The translations under genes and the position numbers were made by a program. 64,000 bases of DNA from Micavibrio sp. (GTDB lineage: Bacteria > Patescibacteriota > Minisyncoccia > Moranbacterales > GCA-2747515), in contig DYDB01000002.1 in NCBI GenBank assembly GCA_020718085.1, forward strand, positions 113,161-177,160, given 5' to 3'. Shown piece by piece: positions 8,945-17,900 of this stretch. Numbering within the stretch: the stretch's first letter is position 1; every line of letters starts with the position of its first letter. Below the pieces are notes generated by a model. It was not told the origin of the DNA and did no database searches. It saw only the letters and a list, made by a program, of their open reading frames with translations.

Positions 8945-9187
8945 GTGAACGTTATAACGCGTACATTTAAAAAACCAGAAGATTTTACGGCATTTATGTC
9001 AATTGTTCATGCGCATGGAGGAAAATTGCTTTGTGAACAGACGGAGATAAAGACGGCACATGGTATATTTGAAGGACATCAATATGTCTCTATTTCTGTT
9101 GAGGTTCCAAAAAATAATATTCGAAGCTTTGAAATGATCACATCCGTATTGATCTCAGAAGATGACCTATTAAATGACACCTGGTAA
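8945..9187 (+). CDS. small hypothetical protein (80 aa), GTG start with a perfect AAGGAGGT RBS
   Basis: Strong RBS 8 nt upstream of the GTG. Monocistronic, lying between a promoter and a terminator-like hairpin. Confidence 0.5.
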   Translation: MNVITRTFKKPEDFTAFMSIVHAHGGKLLCEQTEIKTAHGIFEGHQYVSISVEVPKNNIRSFEMITSVLISEDDLLNDTW

Positions 9188-9213
9188 ATATTTATCGGCA
9201 AGACGGTCGCAAA

Positions 9214-9250
9214 AAGGCAATCAACTCAGACGAGGGGATTGCTTTTTTAT
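9214..9250 (+). terminator. terminator-like hairpin plus T-run
   Basis: aaggcaatc ... gattgctttttta. Confidence 0.4.
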
Positions 9251-9297
9251 TTGTTCGATAAGCGTCCTATTAGTTGGGCATGCCAGATTCGAATTTT

Positions 9298-9804
9298 TTA
9301 AAGTGACAGCTTTTTTTCAATAGCAATTACTTCGTCTATTGGTTTTTCATGAAATTTGATATTGACGTTGTTTGGAAATTTGAGCACGAGTTCGGCGTTT
9401 ATTTTTCTGTCTTTATATATAAAGGAATGTGATGGATATCTTTGCATCATATCATATAGGGGGATATCCACGACAAATTCCGCATGCTCCAAACCTTTGC
9501 GATACACATTGTCTTTAGCTGGTGCAAGAATTTCGAAAAAACGAATTTGCATACCTTTATATTGTAGAGGTTCGTGAAGTTTCATGATTGCAACACGTCG
9601 ATCTCGGATGATCTTTTCTGAGAGCGCTTCTCCATATGTAAAAAGATCATTTTTCAATTTTTCATAATCTTCTGCGGATGTGGTTCTATATGCAATATGG
9701 TCCACATAAAAAGCGGACACGTCGATTTTTGTTTTGCGTAGATTTTCATGGACGATATCCAGAAATTTCTTATAATCGCCAATCATGTCTGAGATCGTAT
9801 TCAT
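9298..9804 (-). CDS. hypothetical protein, possibly VOC/YecM-like fold (weak)
   Basis: ~168 aa from the Met at 9804. HIAYRT and HAEFVV motifs vaguely resemble the glyoxalase/YecM fold. The ORF-track extension to 9858 reads through a tRNA fragment and is unlikely to be real. Confidence 0.3.
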   Translation of the reverse strand: MNTISDMIGDYKKFLDIVHENLRKTKIDVSAFYVDHIAYRTTSAEDYEKLKNDLFTYGEALSEKIIRDRRVAIMKLHEPLQYKGMQIRFFEILAPAKDNVYRKGLEHAEFVVDIPLYDMMQRYPSHSFIYKDRKINAELVLKFPNNVNIKFHEKPIDEVIAIEKKLSL

Positions 9805-10147
9805 TTTTTTTGTAGATAGTGAAGTTGTGTTGTCCGGGCAGGGATCGAACCTGCGCATGTTCCGATTGTAATCGAGATGCTTTGCTTCGGCTATTAGAAA
9901 TCATGTTTTGAATATAGGCATGATTTTTTAAATTTTTGAGATATTTTTCTCTTCTTAGAGCCTCTGATCGACTATTAAAAATTTCCTGATAAATCAATCT
10001 TAGTGGTCGTCTGTGAGTAGTTGCTTTTACGTAACCGGCATTGTGTCTCTCAAGTCTGTTTTGTAGATTGTTTGTTTGACCAATATAAAATCTGGAGTCT
10101 TTTAGGCTTTCTAAAATATATACAAAATATTTTATAGATGTTTCCAT
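9770..10147 (-). CDS. GIY-YIG (URI-domain) nuclease family protein, YhbQ/COG2827-like
   Basis: YFVYILES...FYIGQTNNLQNRLERHN...RREKYLK is a textbook GIY-YIG motif set. The ATG lies 6 nt downstream of the tRNA-Gln 3' end. The C-terminal ~35 codons read through the tRNA-Cys 3' fragment. Confidence 0.75.
   Translation of the reverse strand: METSIKYFVYILESLKDSRFYIGQTNNLQNRLERHNAGYVKATTHRRPLRLIYQEIFNSRSEALRREKYLKNLKNHAYIQNMISNSRSKASRLQSEHAQVRSLPGQHNFTIYKKNEYDLRHDWRL
9830..9874 (-). pseudogene. tRNA-Cys-like 3' portion: variable loop, T-arm and acceptor 3' strand (CATGCGCAGGTTCGATCCCTGCCCGGACA)
   Basis: Canonical T-arm GCAGG-TTCGATC-CCTGC. The acceptor 3' strand CCGGACA is an exact complement of the 5' strand TGTCCGG found at 10307-10313. 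No matching 5' half is adjacent. Confidence 0.55.
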
Positions 10148-10153
10148 ACAAAG

Positions 10154-10225
10154 TTGGACCGGCAGGATTCGAACCTGCGCATGACGGGACCAAAACCCGT
10201 TGCCTTACCGCTTGGCTACGGTCCA
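10154..10225 (-). tRNA. tRNA-Gln(UUG)
   Basis: TGGACCG-TA-GCC-AAGCGGTAA-GGC-A-ACGGG-TTTTGGT-CCCGT-CATGC-GCAGG-TTCGAAT-CCTGC-CGGTCCA-A. U1:A72 and the D-arm match the E. coli tRNA-Gln pattern. CCA is not encoded. Confidence 0.8.
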
Positions 10226-10265
10226 ACCTTGTAGAGAAATTTTTAAACATCGTCATATCTTGTGT

Positions 10266-10314
10266 GCATGTCCCGATTGCAATCGGGATGCCTTACCGCT
10301 TGGCTACCGGACAC
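10266..10314 (-). pseudogene. tRNA-Cys(GCA)-like 5' portion: acceptor 5' strand, D-arm and anticodon arm, with no T-arm
   Basis: (G)TGTCCGG-TA-GCC-AAGCGGTAA-GGC-A-TCCCGATTGCAATCGGGA-CATGC. The anticodon region is an 18-nt perfect palindrome containing GCA. The loop would be 8 nt (or a 6-bp stem with a 6-nt loop), which is non-canonical. It is followed by non-tRNA sequence. Confidence 0.5.
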
Positions 10315-10431
10315 TGTGTAAATCACACGTATTTCTTACATTATACCATTTTGCATTTTTTTTCAAGTGTTTTGGCGTGAAGATGAAAAATAGAATTTTT
10401 TGGCTAAAATGGCAGCTAAAAATGGTTTGAT

Positions 10432-11976
10432 TTAACCTGTGATTGCGCCACCCATAAGCTGTTTGGCATAAGACAGAATTTCCGATGCATCATTTTTTTG
10501 TTCTACTGTGACAGAAATACGCATGGGCCTTTTGAAGTATTCATGTAATACAGATTCGATGATCGTACGGTGGTTGTTTTGCATGATGCGCTCTTGGTAA
10601 AACGTGCGGTCTGTGGTGATCGTGATGGAGTCATCCGTGATCTCACATAATGTGCAATGTACAAGAATTTGCGAAATAGGTCGATGTATTTTTTCAATAA
10701 GTGCGATACATGACTGCCACTGTTCGGAAGCCTGTGCGGGAATTTCTACAGATTCTTTCGGGAGTTGTTCCAATTTTGTTTGTTTTACAGCAGTTGATCG
10801 TGTTGATGATATGTTAGCCGTTTCTTCTTGCTCATTTTTTTTCTGCGGTTGTGAAGGCGTTGCGTTTTGTGTTGTGCTACGATTCAGGAGACAGATGTTC
10901 ACAGTTGCAATTTCGAGAGGGAGTTGGGGAATGGTACTACTTTTTGTCTTTTGCAATGCAGTCGTGCATTCTTCAATGATCGCGACAGCGGAAAAAGTAT
11001 CGCTGTCCTTCGCGATTTCCATAAGAGTGGTGATATCGTTTTTTGGTAACGAAATGAGCTTTTGAATTTCTGTAATGTCGATATTTTTTTGTAGTGTAAA
11101 AAAAAGTATATTTCGTGTTTTTTCGATCAAAGATCGAATGAATGTTTCAAGATTGTAGCCACTTTTTTGAACATCATTGATGATGGTAATTGCTGCCAAT
11201 GTGTCACGTTTTACCAATGCGTGGATCATATTGATAACATCTTGTGATGTGGTTGTGCCAAGAATGGTGGACACCTCTTCTGCTGTCACATTTTTATCTT
11301 CAAGCGCAAAAACTTGCGCAAGAAGACTCTCCGCATCACGCATGCCGCCATTTGCAGTGAGAGCAATCATCTCCAATGCGTCATCGGATATCTTAATCTT
11401 TTCAGCTTTGGAAATTGCACGCAGTTTGGTTGTAATATCTGCAATATTGAAACGTGCAAAATCAAATCGCTGGCAACGTGACAAGATCGTTTCGGGGACT
11501 TTGTGGATCTCTGTGGTTGCAAGAATAAAAATTACATGTGCTGGAGGCTCTTCCAGTGTTTTGAGAAGTGCATTAAAGGCGCTTGTGGAAAGCATGTGAA
11601 CTTCATCGATGATATAGATCTTGAAGCGAGCTTCACTTGGCGTTACGCCAATGGTTTCCTTGAGTGTGCGAATGCCTTCCACGCTTGTACTGGAAGCGGC
11701 ATCAATTTCAATGAGATCCATTGATGTGCCACTGCGCAATCTTTCAGCAACATCTTCACTGACAGGAACAAAATTTTTGCGCGGTGTGGTATTGATCGCA
11801 GTTGCAAAAAGACGTGCAATTGTTGTTTTTCCTGTGCCACGAGGTCCGGTAAAGATATATGCATGACTAATGCGATCGGATGTGAGTGCATTTTGCAAAG
11901 TGTGAACGATGTGTTCTTGTCCCAAAACATCCTTAAATTCCTTTGGACGATATGTGCGATACAGTGTTTTTGACAT
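10432..11976 (-). CDS. dnaX: DNA polymerase III subunit gamma/tau
   Basis: YRPKEFKDVLGQEHIV, Walker A GPRGTGKTT and the clamp-loader AAA+ lid. Confidence 0.85.
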   Translation of the reverse strand: MSKTLYRTYRPKEFKDVLGQEHIVHTLQNALTSDRISHAYIFTGPRGTGKTTIARLFATAINTTPRKNFVPVSEDVAERLRSGTSMDLIEIDAASSTSVEGIRTLKETIGVTPSEARFKIYIIDEVHMLSTSAFNALLKTLEEPPAHVIFILATTEIHKVPETILSRCQRFDFARFNIADITTKLRAISKAEKIKISDDALEMIALTANGGMRDAESLLAQVFALEDKNVTAEEVSTILGTTTSQDVINMIHALVKRDTLAAITIINDVQKSGYNLETFIRSLIEKTRNILFFTLQKNIDITEIQKLISLPKNDITTLMEIAKDSDTFSAVAIIEECTTALQKTKSSTIPQLPLEIATVNICLLNRSTTQNATPSQPQKKNEQEETANISSTRSTAVKQTKLEQLPKESVEIPAQASEQWQSCIALIEKIHRPISQILVHCTLCEITDDSITITTDRTFYQERIMQNNHRTIIESVLHEYFKRPMRISVTVEQKNDASEILSYAKQLMGGAITG

Positions 11977-12064
11977 AATACAGAGACCAGTTTTAGGGAT
12001 TATAACAATTTCGATATGATCATTATATCATATATCGATCAAAGAACGCAGTATATTTTTATGA

Positions 12065-12697
12065 TCATTTTTTGAATACAAAGATCTTGTAACCAATAAA
12101 ATTCCATACAAGTGATGCAAGTGTTGCAGTTGCTGCTGCAATATTGGCAAGTTGCGCATCGCTTAGAGTGTTTGTGGCGTGAAAAGTGAAAACAATCAAT
12201 GATGCAAGTCCCACATTGATCAAAAATCCACTTGTACTTACTGCAATGAATTTAAATACTTCTTGTGAAGTGGATTTTTCTGTTGCGTTGAATGTCCAAT
12301 ATTTATTCCAAAAGTACGCACCGGTTGCAGCTACGACAAAGGAAATGCTTTTGAACAAAGAAAATCCGAGACCACCGGCAATGCCTGTGATAAGAATGAG
12401 AAGATTTAAGACGCCCCAATCAAGAAATGTGTTAAATGCGCCAACTGCACCAAATTTTGCCAATTGAAAGATCACGGGAATTTTTTTGCCCACAAACCAC
12501 GCACATGCCAAAGAAACATTGGCAAGAATCGTAAAAAAAATGACGAGGGCAATAACGAAAGGAATGGATATTTTGATGAAAGGCAGACCAAGATTTGTCA
12601 TGATTGGCAGGGAAAACAGAGCAAAACAAATACCAATGAGAGAAACTAAATAAAAATCTCTGCGCGTAATTAGTGGCGCCCCCATAACGTTTTTCAT
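12065..12697 (-). CDS. GtrA-like polytopic membrane protein
   Basis: FGAVGAFNTFLDWGVLNLL and FWNKYWTF match GtrA family signatures. There are extra TM helices. Confidence 0.45.
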   Translation of the reverse strand: MKNVMGAPLITRRDFYLVSLIGICFALFSLPIMTNLGLPFIKISIPFVIALVIFFTILANVSLACAWFVGKKIPVIFQLAKFGAVGAFNTFLDWGVLNLLILITGIAGGLGFSLFKSISFVVAATGAYFWNKYWTFNATEKSTSQEVFKFIAVSTSGFLINVGLASLIVFTFHATNTLSDAQLANIAAATATLASLVWNFIGYKIFVFKK

Positions 12698-12710
12698 AAG
12701 TATTTTTGGA

Positions 12711-13454
12711 TTATTGAGATTGATTCATTTCTGCACGAATTTCTTTTTCAATTTCATCGATATCCGGAACCCATTCATCAATAATATCACTGCCAGAATC
12801 AAGTGTAGAATCGGTACTGCCTGTGAGAATTTCAGTTGCAGTTTTTGGTTTTGCATCAACCGGTTGTGTGAACTGAGGCATGGTATTTATTGCCGGTGCA
12901 GCACTTGGATTGCCTGTGTGTTGTAAGACAGCCTCGATGGATGCCCATTGCGCATTCGGTTCCTGCGACGTAACAATAGCCACTTCGTCTCCAGGTTCTG
13001 CGTTGAAATATGTAATTGATGCAAGAAGAATCTTGTATGGTCTACCGTCAGCAGCTACAAAATAATTGCCACTGGAATCTTGTCCGACAATGCCGATCTT
13101 ATTTTGTCGTGGAACAGGACCAATTTGTTTATAGATAAACGTACCATCTTGCACAATGGTCAACTTCAAAAAGTCGCCTTCCACAAGCTTGGATTTTGAG
13201 GCATAATTCGCCGGGACGGGGTACTGTTTACCGTTTGTGCCGATCATGATTTGTCCATCAAACGTGCCCTGTACGATATTTCCGTCACCCTCTTCCGCTT
13301 TTTTGTGACGTCCTACCTTCTTTTTCCCTTCAATTTGAAGAAGCATCGCCTTGGCGCTCTGGATCGTTTGTTCTGCGCTATTGATCATCTCGCGCAGAGA
13401 TTGGATTTTTTGCGTCTTTTCCTCTTCGGAAAGAGCATGTGTAATATCAGTCAT
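12711..13454 (-). CDS. hypothetical protein with N-terminal coiled coil and an internal ~55-aa tandem duplication
   Basis: Two similar segments, (GTFDGQIMIGTNGKQYPVPANYASKSKLVEGD...) and (GIVGQDSSGNYFVAADGRPYKILLASITYFNAEPGDEV...). Confidence 0.45.
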   Translation of the reverse strand: MTDITHALSEEEKTQKIQSLREMINSAEQTIQSAKAMLLQIEGKKKVGRHKKAEEGDGNIVQGTFDGQIMIGTNGKQYPVPANYASKSKLVEGDFLKLTIVQDGTFIYKQIGPVPRQNKIGIVGQDSSGNYFVAADGRPYKILLASITYFNAEPGDEVAIVTSQEPNAQWASIEAVLQHTGNPSAAPAINTMPQFTQPVDAKPKTATEILTGSTDSTLDSGSDIIDEWVPDIDEIEKEIRAEMNQSQ

Positions 13455-13657
13455 ATATTTGTGTCTTCATTTGTTTTTATTTTACATTGCAATTATACAG
13501 TATATTGTGCAATGTAGCAAATGATTTCATGTCTTAATACGCTCATTTCAATTAAATTATTTCAAGAGCCTTTCTTTTCTAGCGCAAATCATGTATATTG
13601 TCAAGATAAATGAGTAAAAAAATCCATAAAGCCGAAAGTTTATAAAGTAGAGAAATT

Positions 13658-14854
13658 ATGAATCATTTTTATATTAAGACATTTGGTTGTCAGCAAAATG
13701 TTGCTGATTCAGAACGTGTGAGAAGGTATTATGAGGCTCGGGGATATGTATATGCAACGCAAGAGTGTAATGCTGATGTTGTGGTGATCAATACATGTAT
13801 GATCCGTGGAATGGCTGAGGAAAAGGTATACGGCTATATTCGCAATTTACAAAAAAAAGATCAAAAAGAAGGGAAAAAACGTCGTATTATTCTTACGGGG
13901 TGCATTGTTGGTGCTGCAGCTCGGGAACCAAGCGGAGTCATGAAAAAGAAAATCGCAAAAAGAATTCCCGACGTAGAGCTCATGCCAATTGAGGATGTGG
14001 GCTTTGAGATCGAGCCACATCGTGTTGACGTAAAACATGCATGGGTCACTATTTCCAACGGATGTAATAATTTTTGCGCTTTTTGCATTGTTCCTTTTGC
14101 GCGTGGAAAAGAGATATCGCGTGATTTTGCGCAAATTGTCACAGAAGTTGAAGATTTGGCGCAAAAAGGGTATACATCAATTACACTTCTGGGACAAAAT
14201 GTGAACTCATATGGTGCTGATATTGTCCTTGCACAAAAAGGAGATGACCAAAAGAAATATGTCTTGCCAGATGGTACGGAAGTTCAGCCTGTGATGGTAA
14301 ATCATTTAGGGCGCACACGCATTCCAACACTTTTTCCACATCTTCTTGATGCAGTTGCACAAATTTCTGGTATTGAGACAATTACCTTTACAAGCTCCAA
14401 TCCATGGGATTTCTCGGATGAACTGATCTCGGTGATCGCACGACATGAAAATATCGATCGACTTTTACATTTGCCTGTACAGGCGGGAAGTGATGTAATT
14501 ATTAAAAAAATGAATCGGTGGTACACGGCGGATGATTTTATTGCACTTACTGATCGCATCAAGGCAAAGGTTCCACACGTGACATTCGCAACGGATATTA
14601 TTGTGGGATTTCCTGGGGAAACGGAGGAGGATTTTCAAAAAACAATAGAGCTTTCGCAGCGCGTGGGATTTGTAAAAGCATTCATAGGATGCTACTCGGA
14701 ACGCCCTGGAACGACTGCGTCACGTGACATGCCGGACGAGATCACATGGGAAGAGAAAAAAAGGCGTTGGCATATTATCAATGAGCTTATCAACAAAAAA
14801 AATATGGGTGTAACGTACGATAAAGACTGGGTGCGTACACATAAAAAGAAATGA
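13658..14854 (+). CDS. MiaB/RimO-family radical SAM methylthiotransferase
   Basis: N-terminal MTTase domain with conserved Cys and the radical SAM motif CNNFCAFC. Confidence 0.75.
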   Translation: MNHFYIKTFGCQQNVADSERVRRYYEARGYVYATQECNADVVVINTCMIRGMAEEKVYGYIRNLQKKDQKEGKKRRIILTGCIVGAAAREPSGVMKKKIAKRIPDVELMPIEDVGFEIEPHRVDVKHAWVTISNGCNNFCAFCIVPFARGKEISRDFAQIVTEVEDLAQKGYTSITLLGQNVNSYGADIVLAQKGDDQKKYVLPDGTEVQPVMVNHLGRTRIPTLFPHLLDAVAQISGIETITFTSSNPWDFSDELISVIARHENIDRLLHLPVQAGSDVIIKKMNRWYTADDFIALTDRIKAKVPHVTFATDIIVGFPGETEEDFQKTIELSQRVGFVKAFIGCYSERPGTTASRDMPDEITWEEKKRRWHIINELINKKNMGVTYDKDWVRTHKKK

Positions 14855-14960
14855 TCCATCCTGCGTATTTTTTTGTTTTAATAGAGTGTGCTACAATTTG
14901 TATTAAGTTAAGAAATCTTGTTTATGAGATTTCATATTTTAATAGAAATAAAAATAAAAT

Positions 14961-17900
14961 ATGATATATAAAAAAATCATCGCGTGTATAGTAACGAGCG
15001 TACTCGTGAGTTCTTCTGTGTATGCGCAGGAATCGTTTACTTTTGATCCTGGGGAACTATCTCGAAGTAATGTGCAAAATATCAACATGACGCATAAAGA
15101 CACTTTGCCGCGATATGTTGAAGGGGAGATTCTGGTGAAATTCAAAGAGGATAAAATAAATCTTGCCAAGGGTGAAGGTGGTGCAAAAAAGGCAATGGTA
15201 ACCCTATTTCGAAACGTTGATGAGAAGGAGGTTTTCAAAGATTCAAATATTGTTGTCTATAATATTCAGGGAGATAAAAGTGTGGAAGATGCCATAAAAG
15301 AATTTGAAGAAGATTCTTCGGTGGAGTATGCACAACCAAACTATTTATACAAATTACAAAGTGTATCTACGAGTTATGCGGATTTTGCCAAACAATGGGC
15401 AATGAACAACACGGGACAAATGACTGGTGGAGTGAGTGGAACTGCAGATGCGGACATTGACGCGGTGGAAGCGTGGACCATTACTGATGATACGAACACT
15501 GGTGTGATCGTAGCCGTGATCGATTCTGGCGTTTCTTATTTCCATCCGGATCTTGCTGCAAATATGTGGGTTGGAAGCACCTGTCTTGATCCAAACGGAC
15601 AAACGATTGTTGGTGGATGCATGTATGGCTATGATACATTTGCCGATGATATTGATCCTCGTCCAGACACGGTCTCAGGATCAATTCATGGAACGCATGT
15701 TGCTGGTATCATTGCAGCGGCAGATAACACTATGGGTGTTATAGGTGTGGATCCGCATGCAAGAATCATGGCAATAAAATCTGCCGGTCTCATAGGAAGT
15801 GAATATGGATCAAGAACATCCGATGTAATTGAGGCTATAAATTTTGCACGTCACAATAATGCGGATATTATCAATATGAGCTTGGGAAGCAATGAAAATG
15901 ATCTTGCATTGGCCGCAGCCATCGAAGCATTTCCAGGTTTAGCGGTTGTTGCAGCCGGTAATGATGGCACGGATAATGATATTACGCCAATGTATCCTGC
16001 TTCAAACACGAATGAAAATATTGTGAGTGTTGCTGCTACAGATCAGAATGATGCCTTGGCTGATTTTTCAAATTACGGTGTGACTTCGGTGGATGTGGGG
16101 GCGCCAGGTGTGAATATTTACAGTACTACAAGTGATAGTGTGGCATATTCGGAGGATGTACAGACGGTTGTGCCGCCAAGTGTTCCATTAAATTTTGTGC
16201 GTGATGGAAATTTTGGCACCCGTAATGCTGGTTCTGGGAACAATGTTTTTATAGGTGACACTAACCAGTTGCCATATGCGACAAATCATACGTCCCACTT
16301 GTTTTCCCCGACAATTGATCTTAGTTCGTATGGATCTGATGATCTGGTATATATGGATTTTTTGGTCTATTGTGATACAGAATATAGTGAGACAGAGCTT
16401 AAGGATTATATGGTTTTAGGATTCAGTTCTGATGGTAGTAATTTCAGTACTGCTTTAATGGATACTGATTATAGCGGAACTGGTGATGCTGCAGTGGTTT
16501 TTGACGAATATGTAGCAGGAGCGTTGGCGAGTGGTTCTGGAGAAAAACTCAGTGGGGGCTATTGGGCTCACGTTGCATCTTTATATCCAATCTCACCTAC
16601 CTATAGGACAAGTGATTTTCGTTTTCAATTTATGTGGAAGACGAATGATGTGAACAATAATCATGAAGGATGCTATGTGGATGATATCGTCATACATGGA
16701 TCAAATTCAGAAATTGGCAATGCGTATGCTTTTGAGCAAGGAACATCCATGGCGGCTCCGCACGTAGCTGGTCTTGCAGCGTTGTTGCTAGATTTTGATC
16801 CATCATTAAGCACTGCAGAATTGAAAGCTCTCATTCTAAATTCAGGAGACCCCATATCTTCCCTTGCAGGTAAAACGGTGACAGGTAAGCGTATCAATGC
16901 TTTTAATGCAGTGAATGAACTTTCTGTGGCAATGCATCATTTTAATGTGACCGGTAGCAATACGCAACAAGCGGGTGCATCTCAAAATGTGACAATCACA
17001 GCGACCGATTCCCATGGAAATGTAAATGCGGATTATCAAGGAGATCACGCCATTACGCTTTCCGGTGCCGGAGCGGCGCCAGATAGTACTGTGCCAACAT
17101 GTAAAGATAAAAATAACGCAAACATTGCATTTGGCACACCAACAACATTAACATTCACAAATGGTGTTGCAACGTGTGCAATGACATTGTACAAAAAAGA
17201 AAGTGTGCAAGTCGATGTATCTGATGGCACGTACAATTCTGCGGGTGCAACGACGTATGACTTGGATGTTGCTGTATCGGCTGCGGAAGTAAGTAGTGCA
17301 AAGACGGCATTGTCTGTAACACCGGATCCAACATACAAAAATCACGATACAACATTGACGGTTACAGCTAAGGATGTGTATTTGAACCAACTTTCCGGAG
17401 GCGGTGATACGGTCATAATTGAAGTAACTGGTGCAAATACTGCAACTCCGTCGGTAACTGATAAAAATGATGGTACATATACGGCGATTTATGCACCGAC
17501 CAATATCGGCACAGATTTGATCACGGCAAAGATCAATGGTGAAAATGTGGAAATAGATAAAGATGGAGAACCGGATGGAATATATAATCTGGAAGTTTTG
17601 GAGGAGCAAGAAGTTGATGATGATGAGCCTATAAATGAACTTGAAATAGAAAAGCCAGCGATGGATTTTTCAGGTAAATTGAAAAACCTTGTCTTGTCAA
17701 AAAATAAAACAGCATATATTCCCCGGGATAAAGTAAAATTCAAAGGAAATGTGCAGGAACTTGCGGGAGGTACGGTTGAAATAAAAACCAAAAGTGAGAA
17801 AAAGACCAATAAGAAAAAAACAGATATTGATGATAGCGGCAAATGGAATAAGGAAATAGAATTTGATAAGGATGGAACATGGAATGTCAAGTTCACATTC

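Noticed and set aside
9805-9858. N-terminal extension of the 9298 ORF to 9858 as given in the ORF track
   Set aside because: The extra 18 codons are a read-through of the tRNA-Cys 3' fragment and T-arm. The internal Met at 9804 is the more plausible start.
10266-10314. Considered calling the tRNA-Cys-like anticodon arm (8-nt loop, perfect 18-nt palindrome) a frameshift-suppressor tRNA
   Set aside because: The fragment has no T-arm or acceptor 3' strand of its own. It is more parsimonious that it is half of an interrupted gene or a pseudogene.
17045-17896. Several 100-150-aa minus-strand ORFs inside the S8 protease gene
   Set aside because: Shadow ORFs in a repeat-rich, stop-poor region of a long CDS.
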